From a virus (Duplodnaviria; Heunggongvirae; Uroviricota; Caudoviricetes), in the IMG/VR virus record IMGVR_UViG_2671180458_000004: a stretch of DNA of 21,008 bases; one strand, written 5' to 3'. The notes under the pieces are model-generated. The model had not been told where the DNA came from and did no database searches. It saw only the letters and a list, made by a program, of their open reading frames with translations. The translations under genes and the position numbers were made by a program. This document shows positions 14,376 to 21,008 of this stretch, in pieces; position 1 is the stretch's first letter; every line of letters begins with the position of its first letter.

Positions 14376-14923
14376 GGCATTAACTCCCGTAATACAACAT
14401 CCTCGGCAGTCCGGCGATGGTGATAAATAAAATTCACCGTACTCTCGGATAATTCAAATTTCTCGCCTATTTCCCGGAAGGTAAGACGTCGTGGTGATTC
14501 AGCATCCCGTAATTCACGAATAAGATGAACATCATCGTCAGGTATACGGGTGAAGGGCAGCAATTCTCCGTATTTTTTCATGCTTACGCCAATATATCGC
14601 GCCCGATTGTGGACAGAATCCCGGTCTCGCCCCAGATATTCTCCTATTTGCTTACCGGTCATCGTTCTGGCATTTTTTCGGATAAATTTATCTTCATCAT
14701 GTTTAAATCTTGGACGTTTGCATTTGAGCAACTCCGGGTAAGTACCGCGTAATAAAACAATCCGGTTATGTACACCCCAGAAACTTCTTTTTACCCTGAC
14801 AGCAATATCCTTAACCGGGGTGGATGGATAAAGCGCAATCAGCAGTGCATCTTCTTCAGGTGTCCACGCACGGACATGAGCGGGTGCACGGCCTTTTCGC
14901 CCCATGGGTTGTAAAATCATCAT
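14372..14923 (-). CDS. Putative DNA-binding protein with three Myb/SANT-like HTH repeats
   Basis: 183-aa ORF with three similar units. These are WTPEEDALLIALY...IAVRVKRSFWGVHNRIVLL, FKHDEDKFIRKNARTMTGKQIGEYLGRDRDSVHNRARYIG and IPDDDVHLIRELRDAESPRRLTFREIGEKFELSESTVNFIYHHR. Confidence 0.65.
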   Translation of the reverse strand: MMILQPMGRKGRAPAHVRAWTPEEDALLIALYPSTPVKDIAVRVKRSFWGVHNRIVLLRGTYPELLKCKRPRFKHDEDKFIRKNARTMTGKQIGEYLGRDRDSVHNRARYIGVSMKKYGELLPFTRIPDDDVHLIRELRDAESPRRLTFREIGEKFELSESTVNFIYHHRRTAEDVVLRELMP

Positions 14924-14926
14924 ACA

Positions 14927-15442
14927 TCACCCCCTGACTCGCTTTTCAGCAGCATAAAACTCATCAGACAGAATTTCGGTCATTTTCCGTTTTGCGGAAT
15001 CATCTTCGCACTGAAGGTAAATAACATCGTCAACGCAGAACCACTTCACGGGACCATGCAATATTGCTGAAAAGTCAATGCCCAGCCAGAACAACAGGGC
15101 ATCGGTTCTGGCATACGTGACGGGCGAATATTCACGCCACAGACTGTTAAGTTCGTCAGAGGCAACGCGCAGGGCTTTGGGAATACGTGATGTGCGCGGT
15201 GTGCAGCTCCAGCCATTCGACGCAGTCGGTTTTCGCCATAAGTCGCGATGAAAAGGATATTTGTCATCCATAAAGCGCAGCCCTTTAAAACAAAAGCCAC
15301 TGATACCGGATACAAATACCGACCGGCACGCAACATTCAGCACGGCCTCAAGGCGTTTTGCCTCATCCTTAACTTTCTGGCAGTCCTGCTGATATTTTTT
15401 CCACGCGGCCAGCGCGGAAGGGTTTGATGTTTTAAAGAACAT
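14927..15442 (-). CDS. Hypothetical protein (possible distant paralog of 15979-16521)
   Basis: 171-aa ORF. It shares KYQQ near the N-terminus, a WRK motif about 50 residues later and a D.L.(F/V)WL motif with the 180-aa ORF, in the same order. The similarity was judged by eye only. Confidence 0.6.
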   Translation of the reverse strand: MFFKTSNPSALAAWKKYQQDCQKVKDEAKRLEAVLNVACRSVFVSGISGFCFKGLRFMDDKYPFHRDLWRKPTASNGWSCTPRTSRIPKALRVASDELNSLWREYSPVTYARTDALLFWLGIDFSAILHGPVKWFCVDDVIYLQCEDDSAKRKMTEILSDEFYAAEKRVRG

Positions 15443-15975
15443 TACGCCACCTCCGCAGATATCCCGGCAGGCGCGGCCGTCCGGTCAACAATCAGGTAAC
15501 GCAGAACACGCGCGGTGATATTCCAGCCGCTTAAACCGCAGATGATGACACCCAGGCGTATGTCGATATACGCCATCACAAACTGGGGCACGCCTTCTTT
15601 CATGGCCTGCTCATCAACTTCAGCCACCACATAAACGGTTTCGCAGGTCAGTACGCCCTGAGCAAATTCCCACGCCATCGACGGAATATCATGCCCCTCA
15701 ATCCACGGCAGGGACTTTCTGAAGCTGCACCACTGAACATCATCAGCCGCACATTCCTGGCTGCATTTGCGACGAACCGGCTGCACCGGGCGGGGACGCG
15801 GAATATCATAAAAACCGTTACATTCCGTCAGCACCCCGGCATCAACCGCATCACGCAGAAAATAAACCATCGAGGATGGCGGCATATTCATTTTTTCAGC
15901 CAGAACACCGCAGGTCAGACGTCCGTAAATACGCAGCCAGTTTTTAACCCCTTCAAGCACTTTTGCATCAATCAT
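15442..15975 (-). CDS. Hypothetical protein: N-terminal winged-helix-like domain plus DUF551-like C-terminal region
   Basis: 177-aa ORF. The N-terminus LRIYGRLTCGVLAEKMNMPPSSMVYFLRDAVDAGVLTE looks like a wHTH. The C-terminal QWCSFRKSLPWIEG...VYVVAEV... resembles the DUF551 opening motif. This is a weak by-eye call. Confidence 0.6.
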   Translation of the reverse strand: MIDAKVLEGVKNWLRIYGRLTCGVLAEKMNMPPSSMVYFLRDAVDAGVLTECNGFYDIPRPRPVQPVRRKCSQECAADDVQWCSFRKSLPWIEGHDIPSMAWEFAQGVLTCETVYVVAEVDEQAMKEGVPQFVMAYIDIRLGVIICGLSGWNITARVLRYLIVDRTAAPAGISAEVA

Positions 15976-15978
15976 GAA

Positions 15979-16521
15979 TTATTCCTCCGTCAGCGCCACA
16001 TATTCAGAATGTTTAATTTCCTGGCATTCTTCAGGAATACACCCGTTTATTTCCCTGCCATAAGCGCCTACTTTAAACACCACGCACAGGGCATCACGGG
16101 AGAGTGACGGGGTCCACCAGGAGTCCGTGTTAAACATGGAGGGGATTCTCATTACCCCCAGCTTTTCACAGAGCCAGACAAGGAAATCAGGACGCTTTCT
16201 TAACTCGCGTTCAGCGGCTTCAACCATTGCGGCAATCGCCGGACCTTCAGGGCATGACTCATCAGGTCTGGCAATAAAGCACGGTCCGCCCCCGATAAAA
16301 GCCACATCATCGCGCTTACGCCAGCCCGCAGGCAGAGAACCAGAAAAATAAAACTCACTGATTACGTCCATGGCGAACGGCTTTAAGCGCAATCCGGCAG
16401 CGCCTGTATTTTTCAGTAATGCCCGAAGAATACTGTTGCGTAGCGGTAAAACAGTCTGTTGATATTTGGTGAAATATTTATTTGTCTGTACACGGTCTAA
16501 TTTGAAATAAAAATATGCCAT
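15979..16521 (-). CDS. Hypothetical protein (first gene after gam)
   Basis: 180-aa ORF with AAGGAACAGG upstream of the ATG. A 97-nt AT-rich spacer precedes it. No recognisable family. Confidence 0.6.
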   Translation of the reverse strand: MAYFYFKLDRVQTNKYFTKYQQTVLPLRNSILRALLKNTGAAGLRLKPFAMDVISEFYFSGSLPAGWRKRDDVAFIGGGPCFIARPDESCPEGPAIAAMVEAAERELRKRPDFLVWLCEKLGVMRIPSMFNTDSWWTPSLSRDALCVVFKVGAYGREINGCIPEECQEIKHSEYVALTEE

Positions 16522-16618
16522 ATTTCCTGTTCCTTATTTTCAGTTTACAGGCGCAGGCAGTCCCCTGACGCGAGCGCCATAATTAAAACGAAGTGATATT
16601 TAAAGATTTAATGCGGTG

Positions 16619-17149
16619 TTATTTATTCAGTCCGGCGTCCTGTTCAAAAGGCTCGACATGAAAACTTTCAGCACCTTTATTCACCTTAATACCAGCAACC
16701 CCTTTCACCGCATCCGGCTCCGCCAGGACAGCTTGCTTATTCACTTCCTCTTTCGTGCGGATGAAGCGCTCAAGCCCCATACGACGCAGCATTTCAATCA
16801 CACCTTCCACATCACGACTGACGCTGCATGATGGATTTCCCAGCCGCCATGACACCGTTCCGGTGGTCAGATTGGCAGTTTTGGTTTCGCCGCCGTTCGT
16901 CAGCTCATTGCGGTTGGTTTTACACCAGTCATGAATCCCCTTAAAAAGCACTTTGATTTCTTTTTTAAGGTTTTCAATCTGCGGCGTATAACGGGCGGTG
17001 ATTTCTGCCACTTCATCATTCATTGCCGTTTCCAGGCGCAGCGCCTCTCGCTGAATATCGCCCAGGGTGCGGATATCGCGGCTGACCTCTTCACGGGTCT
17101 GCGGTGCCGCCTCTGCTGCGGCCTTTAATTTTGTAACGCGTTTTGCCAT
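16619..17149 (-). CDS. gam: Gam, host-nuclease (RecBCD) inhibitor / DNA-end binding protein, Mu Gam family
   Basis: 176-aa ORF that aligns by eye along its length with Mu Gam. Shared segments include LGD(I/L)QREA.RLET.MND..AEIT, NR.ELTNGG..KTANL.TG.VSWR, RFIRTK.E.NK.A.L.EP.AV.GVAGI.V and PFEQ.AG. Confidence 0.9.
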   Translation of the reverse strand: MAKRVTKLKAAAEAAPQTREEVSRDIRTLGDIQREALRLETAMNDEVAEITARYTPQIENLKKEIKVLFKGIHDWCKTNRNELTNGGETKTANLTTGTVSWRLGNPSCSVSRDVEGVIEMLRRMGLERFIRTKEEVNKQAVLAEPDAVKGVAGIKVNKGAESFHVEPFEQDAGLNK

Positions 17150-17160
17150 TTTGTTTTTCC

Positions 17161-17454
17161 TTATTGCAATGTATCTGGTCCGTTCTGAACAGAACGGCGT
17201 TCAACGGAGCTGCTTACCCCCATGGCCTGCATGGAACCCTGTAGTTCATCTGTCAGAAACTGAATGATTGTGGGGCTGTGATATTTAAGAATTTGTGCAT
17301 AAACATCACAGGGTCCTGCCGGTCTGTTCTCTGTATCACGTTCGATTTTTACCGTGGCAGTAACCCCCTCCGTGATTTCCTTACTATCATTACCGGCTGG
17401 CTTTACTTCATGCATTACGTGGTCAAATTCAAAAATAACGCGTACTTTGCTCAT
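17161..17454 (-). CDS. Hypothetical early protein, tandem paralog A
   Basis: I prefer the ATG at 17454 (MSKVRVIFEFDHVMHEV...), 4 nt after the upstream stop. The ORF track's 17481 start overlaps the neighbour. The N-terminus parallels that of the adjacent 90-aa ORF. Confidence 0.6.
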   Translation of the reverse strand: MSKVRVIFEFDHVMHEVKPAGNDSKEITEGVTATVKIERDTENRPAGPCDVYAQILKYHSPTIIQFLTDELQGSMQAMGVSSSVERRSVQNGPDTLQ

Positions 17455-17458
17455 GGAA

Positions 17459-17731
17459 TTACCCCTGTTGATTAAATTCATTACCGTTAATAACCCCGGA
17501 ACTCATGTCCATATCTTTCATGAGCGCACTGGCTTTCATTGCCACAAGTTCAGCAAAGTCTCTGCTTTCCGCGAGCATAACCACCCCAAAAATCATGGCG
17601 GGTCCATCACCTTTCTGCTTTATCCCGGTTGAACGTATGTCCAGACTTACCCCCATGCGCACTGTTCCATCAGCGTTTTTATGGATAACGTGCTCCTTGT
17701 ATTCGAAAATAATGCGTACGACTTTACTCAT
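17459..17731 (-). CDS. Hypothetical early protein, tandem paralog B
   Basis: 90-aa ORF beginning MSKVVRIIFEYKEHVIHK.... It has a 4-nt overlap with the upstream gene. Confidence 0.6.
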   Translation of the reverse strand: MSKVVRIIFEYKEHVIHKNADGTVRMGVSLDIRSTGIKQKGDGPAMIFGVVMLAESRDFAELVAMKASALMKDMDMSSGVINGNEFNQQG

Positions 17732-18009
17732 CCTCTGGTCCTCGTTCTGTTTGGATAACTGACCCGGCGTCTGACCTCACGGCAGAACCGAATCATGGCA
17801 TTAAAGGCTTCTTCCTCCGTCACCGCTTCCGGTATCCCCGGAACCAGTAACTGCTCCTGTTCATCACGTCCATGACGCGCCATAACCTCAATCACATGCC
17901 GTACTGTGGCAGGCTTTCCGGCAACTATCGGCAATGCACCTTCCGGCAGGACGTAACCCAGTTCAATGAGACCGCTCGACCACGCCCACGCAATTAGATT
18001 TCGTTTCAC
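17728..18009 (-). CDS. Hypothetical early protein
   Basis: 93-aa ORF packed into the operon. IAWAWSSGLIELGYVLPEGALPIVAG is reminiscent of small conserved ORFs in Mu-like early regions, but I cannot name a family. Confidence 0.55.
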   Translation of the reverse strand: MKRNLIAWAWSSGLIELGYVLPEGALPIVAGKPATVRHVIEVMARHGRDEQEQLLVPGIPEAVTEEEAFNAMIRFCREVRRRVSYPNRTRTRG

Positions 18010-18010
18010 C

Positions 18011-18277
18011 TCACTCCTCCCAGTAAACCGTGCAGCCGCTGATGCGGGTAGCCTTCACACGGCGGCGCAGGCCGTTGGTCTGTATGGTGATTTCAATTTC
18101 ACCGGTTCCCTTAACTTCGCTTACCGGCGGCGTGGTTTTCAGGGCATAACGTTGTGGGTAGCGTTTGCTGCGTTCCAGTACCGCACCGGCAAGTTCAGTC
18201 AGACGGCGTGCACTGTTCAGGGAGTCGAATAAATTCATTTTTTTACCGCAGGATTGCATATTCATATAACACCTCAT
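18011..18277 (-). CDS. Hypothetical early protein
   Basis: 88-aa ORF. The start is ambiguous: GAGGTG inside the first codons would serve the ATGs at 18265 or 18259 better than the one at 18277. Confidence 0.5.
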   Translation of the reverse strand: MRCYMNMQSCGKKMNLFDSLNSARRLTELAGAVLERSKRYPQRYALKTTPPVSEVKGTGEIEITIQTNGLRRRVKATRISGCTVYWEE

Positions 18278-18505
18278 TTAGCTGACTTGTTTCGCACCAA
18301 CAGAACGGCATATTCCGCTGTAAACTTCTGTCGCACCTTCGCGATCAAGTCCGGCAGATATCACCATTCGTGTGCGGTCATTAAATTCAAAAAGTAAATC
18401 GCCACATTCTTTATTTTCGGCCAGTGAAATCACCTTCACGTTATCGAAATTAACCAGGTAAAAGCGTCCGTAAATATCAGGAATATTAAATACCGCCATA
18501 ATCAC
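18278..18505 (-). CDS. Hypothetical early protein in the position of Mu kil (immediately after B)
   Basis: 75-aa ORF with a 4-nt overlap with the B stop. The kil analogy is positional only; no sequence similarity is claimed. Confidence 0.55.
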   Translation of the reverse strand: MIMAVFNIPDIYGRFYLVNFDNVKVISLAENKECGDLLFEFNDRTRMVISAGLDREGATEVYSGICRSVGAKQVS

Positions 18506-19434
18506 ACCTGTGAGAGTAATTCAGGGTTGGTATAAACCTCTTTAAAGGCCGCATTAATATGTTTTTCTGTCAGCGCCGCGCCTTCACCGCTGGCGGTGAG
18601 CCACGCCTGGTTAAGCGTATGTGTCAGAACGCGTAACGCTCCCGGCTTTTCAGCGATAGCCTGCATGACGGCCAGCTCGGCCTCACCACTGATCCCCCAC
18701 GCCCTGGCAATGGCCAGCACATCCGCCTTTTTGGCCTTGCGAAGTTGTTTTGTACGGGCAAGACGGCTGAACAGGCGCGATAAATCATCAAAGGCGCGGC
18801 GTCCACCTTTAAACAATCCGCGCGGGTTACCAATAAGCACCATCCCGATCCCCGTGGCGTCCTGAATTGCCCGGAGTTGCTCCAGACCGTCAATACCAAG
18901 ATGATCCGCCTCATCCACAATCACCAGTCCACGCGTTCCCATCAGGCGACGGCGGATGGCGCGGGATAATGCCCCTTTGTTCGCGCGGGTGTAATCAATC
19001 CCCAGCGCATCGGCCAGCTCCAGCAGACACTCCGTGACGCTGGAGTGCGCGGGTGACAGGGTGATCATCCAGGTGTTTGGTTGCTCCTGGCAGTAATTAC
19101 GGGCAGTGGCCGTTTTACCCACACCCGGTACGCCCACAATAACGTTAATACAGCCCATCAGACGAACCGCCTGAAACAGTGTGCGCAGCTCCTGGACTGT
19201 CTGCGTTTCCACAAACTGCGGCGGTTCCGGCAGTGCGCTTTGTTTATTCCAGTTCTCATACCAGGAACGCAGGGAAGCAGCCACAGCAGCGTTATCGCCT
19301 TTATATTTTCCCTTACGGAAAGCCGATAATGTGCCGTCGGAAATTCCCGCCTCTCTGGCGATGGCATACTGCGTCAGTACGCCGCCATCAATAAGTTCAT
19401 CAATGGTCTTGATTACATCGTTAATATCAGTCAT
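18502..19434 (-). CDS. B: MuB-like DNA transposition ATPase (AAA+), N-terminal HTH
   Basis: 310-aa ORF, the same size as Mu B. It has Walker A GVPGVGKT and Walker B LVIVDEADHL, plus an N-terminal HTH (LTQYAIAREAGISDGTLSAFRKG). It lies directly downstream of the transposase, with GAGAGG upstream of the ATG. Confidence 0.9.
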   Translation of the reverse strand: MTDINDVIKTIDELIDGGVLTQYAIAREAGISDGTLSAFRKGKYKGDNAAVAASLRSWYENWNKQSALPEPPQFVETQTVQELRTLFQAVRLMGCINVIVGVPGVGKTATARNYCQEQPNTWMITLSPAHSSVTECLLELADALGIDYTRANKGALSRAIRRRLMGTRGLVIVDEADHLGIDGLEQLRAIQDATGIGMVLIGNPRGLFKGGRRAFDDLSRLFSRLARTKQLRKAKKADVLAIARAWGISGEAELAVMQAIAEKPGALRVLTHTLNQAWLTASGEGAALTEKHINAAFKEVYTNPELLSQV

Positions 19435-19469
19435 ATTATTAACCTCTCATTTGATACCTTGTTTAATCA

Positions 19470-19497
19470 AATAACCTGAGTCGCCGCTCGGGTTATT
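19470..19497 (-). terminator. Hairpin flanked by A- and U-tracts between A and B (possible attenuator)
   Basis: The minus strand reads AAAAAAAT-AATAACCCGAG-CGGCGA-CTCAGGTTATT-TGATT. That is an 11-bp stem with one C/A mismatch and a U-rich 3' side, inside the 71-nt A-B spacer. Confidence 0.35.
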
Positions 19498-19505
19498 TTT
19501 TTATT

Positions 19506-21008
19506 TCAGGCCAGCGGGTCATTTTCTTTTAATTTCGCTTCCAGCAACTGCAATCCCCGCTGGAAATTACGCTCGTATTCTTCATCAGGCTCATCATCAA
19601 CGGCAGGTTGCTGAACGGCCACCGTATTACCTACCGGGCGATAGATGTTTTCCAGCCAGGGCTCCTGCGGCTTGTGCTCCAGCACGTTGACAACCTCATC
19701 CTCGGCATCACGGATTTTTTCCTCTGCGCGTTTACGCATGCCTTTAAGGCGTTGCTGCTGTTTGTAGTATTCCGCGCTAACCGGGAAGGCTTCGCGTTTA
19801 TTACCGTCCCATACCGCCTCGCAAATCACGCTGCCATCCAGGCGACGTACGGTAATTCGTTCGGCATCATGAATGTCATAGCTGATAAGCACCTTGCGGC
19901 CATGCTCATCACGCAGCTCGGGCGCGTAGTAAATATTATTCAGCCAGCGTATTTCACAGCGTCTTACAGGGCGTTCCACCATCGGCCGGAACATGTCCCG
20001 CAATTCCACATCGGACAGCCATTCAATTTCCGTGTCCTCTTCCGCCAGGCATTTTTTTCTGAACTCCGCCGGGCTGTAATGTTTACCGTTCGGCTTCATC
20101 GGTAATTCATCGTGCGGTCGGTTGTTGTACCACTCAACACCATCACGAATGGCATCAATCAGTTCAGACCAGGACGGTAAATCACGCATCGCTGACTGTT
20201 GCCGGGCGTTCAGCCGTTTGCCCTGTTGCAGGGCGGTAAATGCCGAGCGTAAATCGCGGTTGGTTTTGCGTAACGTCTCGCGATCTGCACCTTTCCCGAA
20301 ATAGGTGCGGTATTTACGGGCTATGCGCATCGGTAATGTGCGGTTAAGCCGTTCGATAATGCCTCGTCCCTGCGGATTACCGGCAATCCCGGTCGGGTGA
20401 TTAATCCCCAGTCGCGGCAGTATCCCCACAACCTCCTTATCCAGGATGTCGGCGGTTTCCCCGGAGCCGTTATCCGAGTAATACAGAAACGGTTTGCCGT
20501 GATGGCGAATGCCGTGCTGTATGGCACCGGCTACGGCGAAAACATTTTCAGCCAGGTCAAGGCTCCAGCCCACCACAAAGCGCGTGCCACCGTCGATAAC
20601 AAAGGTCACTTCCGGTGCAAATGGCCGACCGTGAACCGGGTGTGCGCATTTCAGCTTCATGCCGTGACCGTCACCAATCCAGACATAATTCACCGGCATT
20701 TTTGACCAGTCGCGGCGCGTGAATCCCTCAAGCTGGCGGTATTCACTGCCGGTCACCCGGCCTTTTTGTTTCACCACTTCCGGCAGTTTCTTCATTGCGC
20801 GGCGAATGGTGTCATAAGACGGCATGATATCGAGCATATAAGGCTCATCAGCGTGCCGGTGCTGCCATTCAGCGACAAAATCCTCGTAAGCCTCGGTCAT
20901 TGGTCGGCCGTTTGACTGGCGATACTGCGCCAGAAATTCGGGCAGCCAGTTAATATCTTCGGCTTTTATTTCCTGGCGCTTACCCGGTGCCAGTAAAAGC
21001 AGGCGTTC
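19506..21008 (-). CDS. A: DDE transposase (Mu A-type / rve-fold core), 5'-truncated by the window edge
   Basis: The frame is open from the annotated ATG (20900) to the window end (...ERLLLLAPGKRQEIKAEDINWLPEFLAQYRQSNGRP-MTEAY...), so the gene starts beyond 21008. The DDE triad is visible: VWIGDGHG, 66 aa, YYSDNGSGE, 40 aa, GIIERLNRT. It sits upstream of the MuB-like gene. Confidence 0.9.
   Translation of the reverse strand, partial: ERLLLLAPGKRQEIKAEDINWLPEFLAQYRQSNGRPMTEAYEDFVAEWQHRHADEPYMLDIMPSYDTIRRAMKKLPEVVKQKGRVTGSEYRQLEGFTRRDWSKMPVNYVWIGDGHGMKLKCAHPVHGRPFAPEVTFVIDGGTRFVVGWSLDLAENVFAVAGAIQHGIRHHGKPFLYYSDNGSGETADILDKEVVGILPRLGINHPTGIAGNPQGRGIIERLNRTLPMRIARKYRTYFGKGADRETLRKTNRDLRSAFTALQQGKRLNARQQSAMRDLPSWSELIDAIRDGVEWYNNRPHDELPMKPNGKHYSPAEFRKKCLAEEDTEIEWLSDVELRDMFRPMVERPVRRCEIRWLNNIYYAPELRDEHGRKVLISYDIHDAERITVRRLDGSVICEAVWDGNKREAFPVSAEYYKQQQRLKGMRKRAEEKIRDAEDEVVNVLEHKPQEPWLENIYRPVGNTVAVQQPAVDDEPDEEYERNFQRGLQLLEAKLKENDPLA

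Noticed and set aside
12623-14430. Plus-strand ORFs in the AT-rich block (12623-12856, 13401-13682, 14152-14430, 14196-14423)
   Set aside because: They overlap a continuous, translationally coupled chain of minus-strand ORFs and show no RBS or operon logic. I cannot fully exclude an antisense gene in cargo DNA, but nothing supports one.
17455-17481. Upstream start (17481) for the 106-aa version of paralog A
   Set aside because: It would overlap the preceding gene by 23 nt. The ATG at 17454 gives an N-terminus (MSKV...) matching its paralog and sits 4 nt after the upstream stop.
1-21008. CRISPR arrays, IS elements, rRNA genes, phage ends (attL/attR) or a repressor/ner region
   Set aside because: No spaced direct-repeat arrays, terminal inverted repeats or rRNA-like sequence were seen. 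The transposase gene runs off the right edge, so the left phage end and immunity region must lie beyond 21008, and the tail genes beyond position 1.

Overview
The window is about 21 kb of a Mu-like transposable prophage of enterobacterial type. Every credible gene is on the minus strand, in Mu order from high to low coordinates. The order is: DDE transposase A (5' end outside the window), MuB-like AAA+ ATPase, five small early ORFs, Gam, and an 11-ORF accessory block that becomes strongly AT-rich. Then come GemA, a strong intrinsic terminator, a single Mor/C-family activator and a lysis cassette (SAR endolysin, overlapped i/o-spanins, TraR-like zinc finger, TM coiled-coil protein). The late genes follow: a winged-helix protein, small and large terminase, portal, Mu F, Mu G, protease/scaffold I, major head T, and gp35/36/37-position head completion genes. 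Core calls rest on by-eye recognition of conserved motifs and on Mu synteny. No rRNA, CRISPR array, IS element or phage end was seen. The best candidates for undescribed biology are the low-GC early cargo block (12469-16521) and a tandem paralog pair next to gam. That block holds very acidic small proteins, a triple Myb/SANT-like HTH protein coupled to a 2-TM peptide, and possible paralog pairs. The non-coding elements worth checking are a tRNA-like structure between F and G, the 175-nt G-I spacer, and hairpins or dyads at A/B and upstream of lys. Functions for the accessory ORFs are hypotheses only; no searches or folding could be run.
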